Translations under genes and position numbers: made by a program
Shown here: piece after piece, positions 24,198 through 37,900 of the stretch
Layout of the letters: every line of letters begins with the position of its first letter
Numbering within the stretch: position 1 is the stretch's first letter
Origin: Eledone cirrhosa
Taxonomy: Eukaryota
NCBI GenBank assembly: GCA_964016885.1
Contig: OZ024747.1
Span: 41,974,001 to 42,038,000 of the forward strand
Length of the DNA stretch: 64,000 nucleotides
Direction: 5' to 3'
Notes under the pieces: generated by a model
Databases searched by the model: none
What the model saw: the letters and a program-made list of their open reading frames with translations, nothing else
What the model was told of the DNA's origin: nothing

Positions 24198-25648
24198 ACC
24201 TTTAACATTTACAGTACTCTATATATACTATTGTATTTTCATGGTAAAGGCTTTACCTCACATAATATCTCACATAACATTTACATTACTCTATATATAC
24301 TATTGTATTTTCACAGTAAAGGCTTTACCTCACATAATATCTCACATAACATTTACATTACTCTATATATACTATTGTATTTTCACAGTAAAGGCTTTAC
24401 CTCACATATTATCTCACATAGCATCACTTAGCAAGACCTTTGTCAGCCGCTCTCCAGACATCTATTTAAGGCTGTACATGGCTATGGTGCGGCCACACTT
24501 AGAATTTGCATCACCAGTCTGGAACCCCTGTCTTGCTCAGAACATTGACCGCCTGGAAACTGTTCAGAGATGTGCAACCAAGCGAATACCCTCCATCAGG
24601 CATCTCCCATACTCTGAGCGCCTTGCTTCCCTGGGCATGGATACATTGAAGCTCCGACGTCTGGCAACTGACTTGGTAAACACCCACAAAATTGTTAACC
24701 ATCTTGCCAACAACAACCCTGAGTACATTTTTGATTTCCATGTGTCTAACACACGTGGACATGCCCACAAAGTCAGAAAACAGCACAGTTCCCATGACTT
24801 TCGGAAACATTTTTTCACGCTCAGAGTTGCTGAAGCATGGAACAAACTACCTGCATCAGTTGTTAGCTGTCGAGACACTGCATCCTTTAAGGCCTCCATG
24901 CTTCCCGAGATCCGCCAACACTACAGCTAATGTTCCCCCTCCATACACATACACACATGTATACCATGACTCATACACTATTCACTTCCCTGATATTTGT
25001 GTATTATTCTATGTACTATACATACACCTTTGATGAGTTGTAGTGCACCTGAGCACTTTACACAATAATTTAATTATTATTATTATAACATTTACATTAC
25101 TCTATATATACTATTGTATTTTCACAGTAAACACTTTACCTCACATAATATCTCGCATAACATTTATATTACTCTATATATACTATTGTATTTTCACAGT
25201 AAAGGCTTTACCTCACATAATATCTCACATAACATTTACATTACTGTATATTTACTATTGTATTTTCACGGTAAACACTTTACCTCACATAATATCTCGC
25301 ATAACATTTACATTACTCTATATATACTATTGTATTTTCACAGTAAAGGCTTTACCTCACATAATATCTCACATAACATTTGCATTACTCTATATTTACT
25401 ATTGTATTTTCACAGTAAAGGCTTTACCTCACATATTATCTCACATAACATTTACATTACTCTATATATACTATTGTATTTTCACGGTAAACACTTTACT
25501 TCACATAATATCGAATCTTCAAGATTTTGATATTATTTATTTTGAGAATAATATCTTAATATAAGTATGAACAGGCGGTTATGGACGATTTGAACAGAAA
25601 GTGGTGAGAGCATTCTGACCGGATATGGCCGGTTTAAATGGTAAAGAA
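24198..25648 (-). repeat. piggyBac MITE with a 72-bp segment expanded to ~9 tandem copies, interrupted by a CR1
   Basis: Unit AACATTTACATTACTCTATATATACTATTGTATTTTCACAGTAAAGGCTTTACCTCACATAATATCTCACAT; 3 copies before the LINE and about 6 after. Confidence 0.85.
24421..25086 (+). mobile_element. CR1-group LINE 3' fragment
   Basis: Highly similar to 6899-7693; (TTA)n tail. Confidence 0.92.
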
Positions 25649-26359
25649 TTTTTTTTTAAATTTTTTAAATCGACAAAATGTTCTGCATGTTATGTTCATT
25701 TATAATGGCTTCAACTTGTACCTACCATAATCCATTCCTCAAAAATAGCTATTATGTACTTGAGTTACAAGGGAAAGGGTGATATGCTAGAAAGGAGCAA
25801 CTACAAAAGCATAAAACTGATGGACCCAGTTATGAAAGTGACAGATGCTTTTGAAAAAAATCTAGTGCACCGTGAAAAATGGTTATTCAGAGCATATTTC
25901 TTGGGGGGTGTGTGTGTTTAACCCTTTAGCATTCACATTATTTTATATATACTATTATATTTTCATGGTAAAGGCTTTACCTCACATAATTATCTCATAA
26001 TATTGAATCTATGAGATTTTGAAAGTATTTATTTTGAGAACAAAACCTTAACATCAGTTTCAGTGACCAGTTACAGCCAGTTTCAACAGAGAGAGGTAGA
26101 GAATTCTGGCCGGTTTGAACACTAAAGGGTTAGAGAAAGAGTAAATATGCAGTACCCAGAAGATGTTTGGTAAATATATCAGATGAACAGTAACATATAT
26201 ACCAACACAAACAAATGTTAAGATTAATTCTTCATTCTTTACCATTCTAGTCATAACTAAGAGGACCCTTTCTTATGAGGTATACAATGGTATTCAAACT
26301 AAACTCAATTTGAAAACATTTCTATCTCTTTAAATCTGTTAACCATTCTTATTTTCCAG

Positions 26360-26482
26360 GCTAAAATCCTCAGTCCACCAGGTAGCTGTTGCCTTTGTAT
26401 ATATAATTTATTAGTAAAGTATGCATCGTTCCAGTACTCTCATCCTTTATTGGTTACAACTGGTGGTGAAATCCGATGTAGT
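26360..26482 (+). CDS. TSC2: TSC2 exon (AKILSPPGSCCLCIYNLLV...EIRCS)
   Basis: ttccag/gtaagt; matches TKLYTLPASH...IRLQ. Confidence 0.88.
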
Positions 26483-27729
26483 GTAAGTATCATCACTTTA
26501 CATCTATTTTTCATGTTAGCATGGGTTGGACAGGTTGTTATAGTCCAAGACCAGACAGTTTTGATTGACCCATCTTGCTCATAACTTTCATATTTGATAT
26601 GATTTCTATGGCTAGATGCTCCTCCTTATGCCAACCACCTTACAGTTTGTACTTGGTGTTTTTTTTTTTTTTTTTTTTGCACGAACACACATACTTTACA
26701 GGATGTACTTGGTACCTTTTTTCATGGCACCTGCACTGACATTTTACAGGTTGTATTAGATGCAGTTTATCGTGGCATTTCCACTATCACTTTACAGAGT
26801 TGACTGGGTGTTTGTGTTATTTTTTTTTTTTTCATGTGGCACCAACACTAACACTTTATAAGGTGTACTGGGTATATTTTATTTTGGCACTAATACATGA
26901 GAGGTTATTACATACTCATTCGGCCTAAAGAGTCTTCTCAAACCCAATATTGTCTCCATCCAACTGCCAAACACTATAGCCTCTCATCACTCACCATATT
27001 TACTTTTAGTGTCACAGTGCTTGTACAGGTGGGCAAGTCTTTTGTATTATGGCATATTGCCAGTCAGCTCAGCCCTGTGTCATTTTCTTCATCAGTTTAT
27101 TTACTTTAATGGTCTGATTAGTTAGTAATTCTTATTACCACAGTTACATAGCTTACTAAGTATCATCATCATCATTTTGTGTAAATATATATAGTGAGAC
27201 ATTTATATAAAGTGCATATACGTATGTCGTTGTTTTGGTTTGACAATTCCTTCCACCTTAAAGATATTTGTGTATTCTTAGGATAATTTTAGTGAATTAG
27301 ACTCAGACATACATACACACCTCTAAACACATGCACACACACCTCTATACTCACACACTATTGCAAACACATAGCATAGAGACGCATAACTCACACACAC
27401 TCATTCACACAACACCATTACAAACATATAACATGCACACACACATACACAATACACACACCTAACAAACACACGTACATATCTTTATACTCTAACACAT
27501 CATTACAAACGCATAGCATACGCACATGCACTCATTCACACTGCACCATTACAAACATATAACATACACACACACTACACAAACGCAACAAACATACACA
27601 TACACCTAATGCACACACCCAATAAACACACACATACAAACAATGCTCGTGATAAATTAAGATGGTATTTATCCAAAAACCTATTTTTTTATGTGAAATG
27701 TTGTGAGTATTGTGTATTTCTCTTTGCAG

Positions 27730-27842
27730 ATAATTGAATGTCTTCTGTTATTACGCTGCAACAGTAAATATCAGATAGGGCTGGCAGAAAATGCAGACAG
27801 CAGAAAAGTTTCTTATAGCCCACATTTGCTTTGTAAAAAAAC
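27730..27842 (+). CDS. TSC2: TSC2 exon (IIECLLLLRCNSKYQIGL...YSPHLLC)
   Basis: ttgcag/gtaagt; matches FLLLLRADSLHRLGL...FSPYC. Confidence 0.92.
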
Positions 27843-28620
27843 GTAAGTTTTCTCATGTACTTTTATTTTTGTATTTGTTCCACCTCACATATTTTAAAAG
27901 TGGAACTGTTTGGTTCTTGTTATTAATATATTTACTATTGTATTTTCACAGTAAAGGCTTTAACTCATAATTATCTCACATAATATCAAATCTATGAGAT
28001 TTTTATATTATTTATTTTGAAAACAATACCTTAATGTCGGTATGAGTGACCAGTTATGACTGGTTTGAACAGAAAGAGGTGAGAGAATTCTGGCCAGATA
28101 TAACCAGTATAAATGCTAAAGGTTTAAAACAATGGAGACATATCAAGTGTAGGTGTGTGTGCCAAAGTTGTTTATCCCCAATTCCATGGCAGCAAATGCA
28201 GAGAATATATGGAGGCTGGAGAGAAATGAAGTGAGTATGCTTTGATGGATGTGGGATATTAATGTACATGAACAGCAAAGCATGGTTAGGCTGAAAGAAT
28301 AACTGAGTAGTGTTGATTGTCATGAAAAATACAGCCTGTAAGGCAGTTGATGTTAGGAAGGACCTCCTGCTGTAGAAACCATGCCAAATATAGAATGTAA
28401 TAAACAAGATTTGTCACTCGGGCTTGCCTGGTTTTGTACCGTGACAACCTGTCCAACCCATCTCGGTGTGGATAGCAGGTGTAAAAATGATGATGAAGAT
28501 GCAATTGTATTTGAAATGTGTTTTAATGTGAGGTTGATTGTATTTTATAATTAAAACAGTACAGAAACCCTACACTAGAACTCAGTACTAGTATTTCTAA
28601 TGTATCATTTATGTTCTTAG

Positions 28621-28753
28621 CCAACAATATGGGATGAATCGAAGCCCACCTGCTACACCCACCCACCAAGCTTCAGGATTATCTGTTCAGAATTCAGTAT
28701 CTGTTATTGATTTTTCACAAACCCTGCTACTTTTTAGTGATTGTCTAAAGCAT
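28621..28753 (+). CDS. TSC2: TSC2 exon (QQYGMNRSPPATP...FSDCLKH)
   Basis: cttag/gtaagt; phase 2-0; ends CLKH like human CLKQ. Confidence 0.88.
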
Positions 28754-29074
28754 GTAAGTAATACCTTCACTTTCTTCAAGTATTAATCAACCCTAAAAAT
28801 ATCTTCTGATATTCCATTTGTTGTTGTTGTTGAATTACATCTTTGAAATAGTTAAAAGTAAAAATATTACCTGATTAATATAAATGATTAGTGACGGCAC
28901 GTGGCTTAGTGGTTAGAGAATTGGATTTGCAATCATGAAGTTGTGAGTTCAATACCACAAATGAAGTAAACAATCAAGCAAGCAACCACCAAACAAATAA
29001 TCACTAGCAACCACTAATTCCTGAAAGTTAACCTGTTGAGGGCGACTGATGAAATCGGTGGCTGGAGCAGACCA

Positions 29075-31449
29075 TTAGGCAGGAGGAGAGTGACATGGTG
29101 GTGGAACAGTAAGGTGGAGGAGTCCATCAAGGGCAAAAAACAGGCTTGGAAAGAATGGCAGGAAGGGGGTAGTAGAGAACTCTAACGGGTAACTAGGAGA
29201 GAAGCTAGACAAGTATTCTTTGCAAAGAGGCAAGTAGAGGATAGTAAGTTCAAGCATATTCTACAATGTGAGGACCAAAGACGTGAGGTGTTGAGGATTG
29301 TGAGGTAATATGTCAAGGAGAATTGTGATATTGTCGGGGAGACGTGTGTCCATAATGATAAGGGTATACTTGCCCTCACTGATACTGATAAGAAGGTAGC
29401 TTGGAAGTGTCACTACAAGAGACTACTGAATGAGAAGAATGAATGGAATAAAGAGTCTGCCTCACATTTATCCAACAGAAGGACCAGCTGTGCTAGTTAA
29501 TGGTAGTATAGTAAGTAAGACAATCAGAGGTATTAAAACAGGCAAGGCAGCTGGGCCTTTGGGGATAGTTGCTGAAATGTTGAAGATATCTGGAATGGTG
29601 GGCTATACTATAGTCACCTAGATAGTAAACCAAGTAATACAGAATGGGGTCATACCAAATGACTGGCATAGCAGCATCATCGTCAACTGTTACAAGGGCA
29701 AAGGAGATGGCCTGGATAGAGGAAACTATAGGGGCATTAAATTAGTTGACCAGGTCATGAAAGTCACCGAAAGAGTTATTACTCAACTGATTAGGGACCG
29801 AATTGATCTAGATGAAATACAGTTTGGGTTTGTGCCAGGTAAAAATACCACGGATGCTCTTTTCCTTGTACGGCAACTACAGAAGTACCTAGCTAACAGT
29901 AAACCCCTCTACTTAACTCTTGTTGACCTGGAGAAGACCTTTGACAGAGTCCCACACAACTTAATCTGGTGGGCTCTTAGAAAACTAGAAATAGATGAAT
30001 GGCTTGTGAGAGCTATATAAGCAGGTATAGAGGAACAGTCAGCAAGGTTAGAATTAACAATGAATATATTGAAGAATTTAGTGTAATAGTAGGGGTTCAC
30101 CAAGGCTCCGTCCTTAGCCCCCTCCTGTTTATTATTATCCTGCAGGCTATAACAGAAGGGTTTAAGACCGGCTGCCCATGGGAACTTCTATATGCAGATG
30201 ATCTAACTCTCATAGCTCAATCCATGGCTGAACTAGAGAGGAAGTTCCAAACATGGAAGCATGGCCTAGAATCAAAAGGCCTTAGAATCAACTTGTCTAA
30301 GACTAAAGTTCTAGTATGTAGAAAGGAGAATAGGGCACAGGTGCCCTCTGGGAAATGGCCATGCTCAGTGTGTAAGAAAGGAGTAAGTACAAATTCCATT
30401 CTATGTCCCAAATTCAAATTATGGGTACATAAAAGATGTAGTGGGATCACAGGTAAGCTATCTAGGAATGTAGATTTTATATGCTCAGGTGCAGTAAGTA
30501 GCAAGGACCCACTGGATGCTATCTTCTTCAACTGCCCAGATGGTTCTATAGAAATAGACACTTTCCGTTACCTGGGTGACAAAATCAGCAGTGGTGGAGG
30601 TTGTTCTGAAAGTGTAGTAGCCAGAATTAGAACGGGATGGAAAAAGTTCTGAGAGCTAATACTGCTGTTGGCCACAAGGGGTTTTTCTCTAAAAGTGAAA
30701 GGCAGATTGTATGATGCTTGTATAAGAATGGTGATATTACATGGTAGTGAGACCTGGGCGTTGTGTGCTGAAGACTTGTGTAGGTTAGATAGAAATGAAG
30801 CTTGCATGCTCCGATGGATGTGTAATAGTACTGTGCGCGAACGGCAAAACATAAACGAATTAAGAGAGAGAGACTAAGCATAAGAGGAATCAAATGTTGT
30901 GTTCTGGAGAGGAGATTGCGTTGGTATGGACATGTGATGTGTATGAAGGACAACAGCTGTATAAAAAAGTGCAGAGCAATGAAAATTGATGGAAGCTATG
31001 GAGTGGGTAGACCAAGAAAAACCTGGGACGAGGTGATAAAAATCTGACCTTGCTCACTTACACCTCTCTAAGACAATGTCACTGGATCGAGATCTTTGGC
31101 GCCATGCAGTTGTACAGAAGACCCGCCTTCCCTTGCATACAAACCTACAGTCAGTAGACACCTCTTAACCCAATATACACCCCACCCTACACATCGTACC
31201 CCATCCTCCCTCTCCTGTTCTGTCCACTGTGTCAATGACACAACAGTCCACACTGTAAGGTGGTCTTGTAGGAGACACGGTAAAAAGGCTCCCAGTACAC
31301 ACTGTAAATGTGGTTCATGTTAGGGAGGGCATCCAGCTGTAAAAAACCTGCCACAGGCACTTCTGTACGAGCGAGACACGGTCTCCCGACCATTCCTGCA
31401 TCAAATGGAACAAAACTGTCTAACCCATGCTAGCGTGGAAGATGGGCGT

Positions 31450-31486
<37 letters not shown>

Positions 31487-31487
31487 A
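29075..31487 (+). mobile_element. RTE-clade LINE, degraded ORF2 (RT domain) plus 3' UTR
   Basis: NYRGIKL, QFGFVPG, DLEKTFDRV, GVHQGSVLSP, YADD; stops and frameshifts; (GAT)n tail. Confidence 0.92.
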
Positions 31488-31867
31488 GATATATATATAT
31501 ATATATATAACAAAGAAAGTGTGGTAAGATACCAGGTGGACCATAACGCACCAGAGTACTTGATACTTAGGGTAGTAGAGTGGGTAATAGGAAGAGTCAG
31601 GACCCCTGACGGCTGATCCAGCTGTCGAAATGGCTGGACCTCAGCCATCGGGGTCTTTTCCTATATATATATATCATCATCTTCGTTTAACATCCATCTT
31701 CCACGTTAGCATGGGTTAGACGGGAGTTGTCCCACTTGAGGCAAGATTGGTCGGGTGACCATGTCTCACTCATATAGGACTATCTGGTAGGTTTTCTATG
31801 ACTGTCAATAATAATGTATCTTAATGAATGTTCTAAGGACTAGGAATGTAATTGTTTAAACATTGTC

Positions 31868-31916
31868 TATGCTCCGATGATTCCAGACAGTCGTCTGGGA
31901 GAAATGATCGTCACCA
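31868..31916 (+). ncRNA. Decayed minimal hammerhead motif
   Basis: CCGATGA, 8-bp stem TTCCAGAC/GTCTGGGA, GAAAT-GATC-GTC. Confidence 0.4.
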
Positions 31917-32128
31917 ATTAAATGCATTAAACAAAAATTTGATTTTTTAATATTCTGTATATATATATAAATAAATCACATGACCAGTAAGGAAAACATG
32001 CCTGACAATAAAAATAGTAACCTAAATAACTTAATCTTAAACCACAAATAACCAATGATTGCGTTATTTTATTTATTTATTTATTTAGTTTTTATATCTG
32101 TTTAATTCTTTTTTTTTTTTTTCTTCAG

Positions 32129-32254
32129 GAAAGGGATTGGAATGTGTGGAAATGTTTTTTGAATCTTTTCCCAAACTTATTACGAAATAAAACTTTAGTT
32201 CTGTCAGAGAGAGGGCAGTTGATTGATTTGCTGTGTCACAGTCTCTGCAATTTA
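32129..32254 (+). CDS. TSC2: TSC2 exon (ERDWNVW...LLRNKTLV...LCHSLCNL)
   Basis: cttcag/gtaagt; matches ESDWKV...LRYKVL...LCSALC. Confidence 0.94.
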
Positions 32255-33224
32255 GTAAGTATTATTTCTTTATCTCATTTCTGCCAGATTTTTGTCTGAA
32301 AGTTTTCACTAATATATCACTTTTCTTTTAAGACGCATTTCTCTCTTCAACATAAAGATTTTATTATTTTCTCATCTGGCAAAGATTCCTTCATCAACAA
32401 TTTTTTTTTTAGTCACAAGTTTATAAATTCACTGCACCTACCCCTGTTTCTATTGCTATTACAATAATTTTTGGCTCCTCTATGTGGTTACTCGACCTGT
32501 TAGAAATAGAAGCCAGATCTCCCCATACCCTTTTGATACCAACTCACCTAATACCACTCTTGGTTCTGAGAAGAAAAAGAAAAAAGTTTATTTTAAAGTG
32601 TTCATGTTTAAATTAAATTTAAACCTTCCATTATAATCTTTTGTAAGAATCTTTTCTTAAGGTATTGATGTTCATTGCTGGAAGGCCATTGTTCGCTGTG
32701 CTCAATCTCATTGTTTGCAGTGCAAATTAAAAATAAAAGAAAGAAATGTCTAATTTGTAAAATTCAAATTGTTTTCATTTAACCCCAAACCCCAATTCTA
32801 TGATGAAAAACCATTTGTTACAATATATTCCTATTTAAATTAAAAAAATAACATCAAGGAAGAATTTTTTTGTTAAGCTTTCTAGTAAATGGCAGCTTAA
32901 TAATATGGTTATAGCGCTATGTAAGGTAGAGATATATAGTTTGGGGGTGACGTTGGATAATATGATCCTTAATTCCTTGTACATAAGAAAAAGATAGGAT
33001 GATCTGTTTGATCAGGGCTGACCTGGGGCTAAACAACAACCACTGCTCAAAACTCATTATTTCTCTTATCATTCCAAATGTCTCTTGTTGATTATTTACA
33101 ATATTCGAAATATAGGTAGTTGGAAATATGGCAATGAAAGGGTTAAATATTAATTTCATACAGAAGTGATTTAATACCTGCTTCCACTATTGTTTCATTT
33201 CAAACTGTTTTTTATTATTCCCAG

Positions 33225-33365
33225 ATCACAGACCGCAATCTGGGTTTACCTAGAAAATTAATAAAAAGCCCGTCCAAGTTTACGACATCTGATTTTCAAG
33301 CTGCGGTATTTCCTGTCCTCAGTGCCATAGTAACTTACCAGAGTGATTTACAAAGATCTCGACAG
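33225..33365 (+). CDS. TSC2: TSC2 exon (ITDRNLGLP...VFPVLSAIVTYQ...RQ)
   Basis: cccag/gtatat; matches VVPVLTALISYH. Confidence 0.93.
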
Positions 33366-34140
33366 GTATATATGTTGATTGAAAGTCTTTTTTTCTTTTT
33401 TTTTCACTCTTACCTTCTTTCTTGTGTTATTTTCTCCATTTCTCTACCTATTTCATCATCATCATCATCATTTTATGCCTGTCTTCTTTCTTAGCAAAGG
33501 TTAGACTGGTCATCACAAATCAACACAGAACTTAAGTCCTCACAGATGGGCTGGGGGCTTATATCTACTTAACATGTTCCTATGCTCTACTGCATGTATT
33601 ATATTGTGGCTCGAGCACTAAATAGTCCTTTCAGCCTTTTTTATTTGTTTATAAGTATCTTAATATTTACACTGAATGCACTTTTATTACTTGTAATAGG
33701 GGCCCGACTAAAAGTGATTTTGGATTAGGTAGTTAGGACAGAGTCTTACGTCTGATTTAATTCAGCATGGAAAAATAGCCATTATTATGAAAACTGCTTG
33801 TACTAGATACCAAGCTGTGTTTGTATACTATAGACAACCAGACCCATATTAACCCTTAAACATGTGTTTAGAACACCAAAGGAACTGGACATCACAGAAT
33901 GTTCTTCTAAGGCTGGATTTATCATGTCACAAAAACTAATTCAAAAGTGTTGAAAATTTGCATTTATTCCTTCTGTCATGATTATAAATAAATAATTCAC
34001 TTATCTTTTGTACTACTACATTTCGAAATTAATTGAAACACATAGGCAGTCTATTTCATTAGAAATACAGTAACAAAAGAATTGTCTCATCAGACAATGG
34101 AATAATTGAGAGGGCACCATTGTTGGGCTGTTTTTAGGGT

Positions 34141-35091
34141 ATCATCATCATCATCATCATCATCATCAGGTTTAGCGTCCGTGTTCCACGCTTGCATGGG
34201 TTTGGACGGGGGTTTTCCCACTTGAGGCAAGAGTGGTTGTCTTGCTCGCATAGGACTGTCTGGCGGGTTTTCTACAGTTGGATGCCCTTCCTAACACCAA
34301 CCACATTTACAGTGTGGGGCTGGGAGGTTTTTACCGTGTTGCCTACACGGCCACATTACAGCGTGGACTGTCTGGCGGGTTTTCTACAGCTGGATGCCCT
34401 TCCTAACACCAACCACATTTACAGTGTGGGGCTGGGAGGTTTTTACCGTGTTGCCTACACGGCCACATTTACAGCGTGGACTGTGTGTTTTTTGTCGTGA
34501 CACCTACACGATCTCATTTGTTTCGGCCTGGATGTTGTGGGACCAACATAACTTTACATTGAAAGGGGCGGTGTGGGTGGGGTGGAGGTGGTGGGACGGG
34601 GGTGTGTTTTGATAGAGATGCCTACTGACTGTAGTAGGTTTTTACTTTGTATTTAGGTAAGGCGGGTCTTCTCTATTACTGAGTACCGCCAAAGGTCTCG
34701 GTCCAGTGACATTGTCTTGGAGAGGTGTAAGCGTGTGAGGTCGGAATTTATCAGCTCGTCCCATGTTTTTCTGGGTCTACCTACTCCGTGGCTACCGTCT
34801 ATCTTTATTGCCCTGCACTTTGTTATACAGCTGTCGTCTTTCATGCGCATCACGTGACCGTACCAACGTAGCCTTCTCTCGAGTAAACAACATCTGATCC
34901 CTCTTATTTCTAATTTTTTTCTTAGTTCGTTTATGCTTTGCCGCTCACGTATATTACTATTGCACATCCAGCGGAGCATGCAAGCTTCGTTCCTCTCTAG
35001 TCTGCGTATATCCTCTGCACACAATGCCCAGGTCTCACTGCCATGCAGCATTGCTGTTCGTATGCAGGCATCGTATAACCTGCCTTTCATT
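34141..35091 (-). mobile_element. RTE-clade LINE 3' fragment (young subfamily)
   Basis: ORF 34653-35090 differs by 5 of 145 aa from the 51.9-52.3 kb copy; internal ~112-bp tandem duplication in the 3' UTR. Confidence 0.93.
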
Positions 35092-35361
35092 TGGCCTTAA
35101 TCCAGTGCTGTAAACAAAAGGCCTATGGCCACTATTAAAAGCATGGTCTACTGAAGCTCCACTGTGTCTCACTGTTGGGTTCAACCATGTGTCTGTGAAG
35201 TGAACTTCTTAACCACATAGCCATGCCTGTACATATTGTATTGTGTAGTTGACTTTGATAGCTGTTTCTTGTAAGTTGTTGAGAGAGAGAGATTGTATTT
35301 CATTGAATTATTTACCAATTTTCAATCAATGTTTTTTGGGTTTTTTTTTTTTTTATTACAG

Positions 35362-35551
35362 ATGGAATTAATAAATTGCTTTAAGATAGGTCTTGTCTCC
35401 AGGTGTCCTCAGCTGTGTATGAATGCACTTCGAATGTGTGCCTTTGAGATGCCTGATGCAATGACTCGGTTTCTCCCAGATATCATCCTTTCTCTCAGTA
35501 AAATTTCTTCCACTATCTATATGGGAATTCCTGTACTTACCTTTTTATCAA
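35362..35551 (+). CDS. TSC2: TSC2 exon (MELINCFKIGL...EMPD...PVLTFLS)
   Basis: tacag/gtaagt; EMPD and FLS motifs. Confidence 0.95.
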
Positions 35552-36150
35552 GTAAGTAGAACATTTATTGTTTCCTCTCTGGTTATATATATATGTTTTG
35601 TTTCATTAATTAACTATGTATACATGTATAATGTGTGTGTGTGTATTTGGGAGTTTATGTATGCATGTATTCCTCTCTATCTATATATATATATATAGAT
35701 ATATATATATATATATATAGATATATTAGACATATCTAAATTTGTGTTAAAGTTATACTCATCATAGATGAATGGAGTATTGTTGAGAGAGAGTAAGACA
35801 AACAATGAATTGCAGAAGATGGTGGGAATAAAACCAGTAATGAATGTTATGAAGAGAAATGGGATGAGATGGTTGGGTCATGTGTTGAGGGAGGCTGAAA
35901 GTTACTGGATGAGAAGTGTAGTGGGAATAGAACCAATAATGAATGTTGTGAAGAGAAATGGAAGACCAAGAAAAGACATGATTAAAGTTGGTGGAAATGA
36001 AACCAGGTGTTGGTGGGGGTGCAGATGCTAGGATAAAATTGAGAAACTGACTTCTGCAGGGAAAATTGCCGAAAAACAGTTGTTGTTGTATTCTATGTTA
36101 AAGTTATTCAAATTTTTATTCTCTTTCTTTTTTTAAATTTATTTTCACAG

Positions 36151-36244
36151 CTATTGTTCGTTTTCCTAACCTCTATATGAGTTTTACTTCTGACCAGTAT
36201 TTGAGCATTTTTGCTATTGCAATGCCTTATACAAATCCTTTCAA
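36151..36244 (+). CDS. TSC2: TSC2 exon (IVRFPNLYMSFTSDQYLSIFAIAMPYTNPF)
   Basis: cacag/gtaagt; PYTNP motif. Confidence 0.96.
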
Positions 36245-36306
36245 GTAAGTTTTCCTCATCTTTTGCTGTTCTGTGAAGTTTATCTCTCATTATTTCAATT
36301 TAAAAA

Positions 36307-36703
36307 GGTGGTGAATTGGCAGTATCAGTAGAGGGTCGGACGCCATGCTTTGCAACACAGTTACGTCCCTTTACAGACTGAGTTCAAATCCCGCCGAGGT
36401 TAACTTTGCCTTTCATCCTTACAGGGGTCGATAAAATAAAGTACCAGTAATACACTGGGATAATTGCTAGCCTTGTGCTATAAGTAGAAACAATTATTTC
36501 AATTTAAAAAGGGGTGGTGGATTAGCAGAATCAGTAAAGTGTCAGACTAAATGTTTTATAGTATTTAGTGAGGACTTTGTACATTCTGAGTTCAAGTCCC
36601 ACCAAGGTAATACTTTCAGAATCAATAAAATAAAGTACCAGTCAAGCACTGGGGCTGATACAATCGTTTTTCCCCGAACTGGCTTTATGCTTAAATGTGA
36701 ACA
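36307..36703 (+). mobile_element. Two tandem tRNA-derived SINEs (family A)
   Basis: B box GAGTTCAAATCC; body GCCTTTCATCCTTACAGGGGTCGATAAAATAAAGTACCAG; 17-bp flank present three times. Confidence 0.85.
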
Positions 36704-37354
36704 ATTATTTCAATTTAAAACTAAACCATGATCAATCAATTTTAAAATTATTTAGAAAAGTAAATTGATTTTGTGTTTCCTAGTGAAATTATTTTTAATA
36801 ATTAAAAAATTTATCCATAGTTTTTGAGCCTATTAAAAAAGCATTGGTTAATTTGAGAAGAGAGAAAAAAAAATCGCTGTAAGATGTTTCCTAATATAAC
36901 GTGTCTGTATGTCCCTCTAAGGCAGTCAATTTGGCAGTCATTAAAGAGTTAGATATTTATGTCAGTAAAAAAAGTTTCAGCTTAATGCTGGCACAACTCT
37001 CTCTCTCCAGCTGTCACATCTTGAATATTCTGCTGGCTTGAGGGACGGGAGGGTGTCTGATTTTGCTTGTAACTGTATGGGCACTTAAAACCCTCAGTGG
37101 AAGCATGGTATATAGTACAGTGATGGTTTTAGTTTTTATGTCCTATATTGATGACAATAAAGTTGGTGCCTTTTATTGTTGTCCTTGTTTCACCTTAATT
37201 CAATTTATATCAAATGTCTTTACTTTCATACATAGTTGTTGTTTTCCACATATCATGTCCCTCGTACTGCTTTCTGTATTGATTTATATCTGAAATAGGT
37301 GACAGTGTCACGTTGATTCTAATTCTGATTCCCTTTTATTTTGTATTTCACTAG

Positions 37355-37457
37355 ATTCAGTCATTTTATGGTCTCATTAGCATATCATGTGATAGCTGCT
37401 TGGTTTACTCACTGTCGGGTTGAGTGGAGGTGGCATTTTGTAAAGTATGTCAAGAAA
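37355..37457 (+). CDS. TSC2: TSC2 exon (FSHFMVSLAYHVIAAWFTHCR...VKK)
   Basis: ctag/gtaagt; matches LAHHVIAMWFIRCR. Confidence 0.96.
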
Positions 37458-37900
37458 GTAAGTTGAACCCTTATTTTTAATACAAAGTCGAAAAAATTGA
37501 AACCAAACATTTATTTTTTACTTGAAGAGAAATCGTTAATTTTTTTCCTTGCCACGTAATCAAATAAGTACTTGTTATTAATGAAATTGAGGATGAAATG
37601 GGGGTCAGGTGTGAAAAATTAACAATAATTGATGTAGTAATAAAGAATTATCTGCTAATATATAATTGGAATAGAAATTTGTAATGTTTATTTTTCTTAA
37701 TTTAGATTTCTGAATTATAAATGATAAAGAAAATTCTTGTATAAAATAATTCTTGTTGTCATAATATTTAATAAGTTTTTTAAAGCTGATATTTTATTTT
37801 ATTTATTCTATTTTTCTTATGAATATATAACTTCTTGAGTTGTAAAGTTTGTGAAAGTTGTTCAATTAAAGAAATTGCTTTAATGTTTATTCAATTTTAG

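Noticed and set aside
24175-25564. Long ORFs with 24-aa repeats fused to an RT tail; CRISPR-like periodicity
   Set aside because: A 72-bp tandem repeat without stops or unique spacers, abutting a CR1 fragment in a eukaryotic intron.
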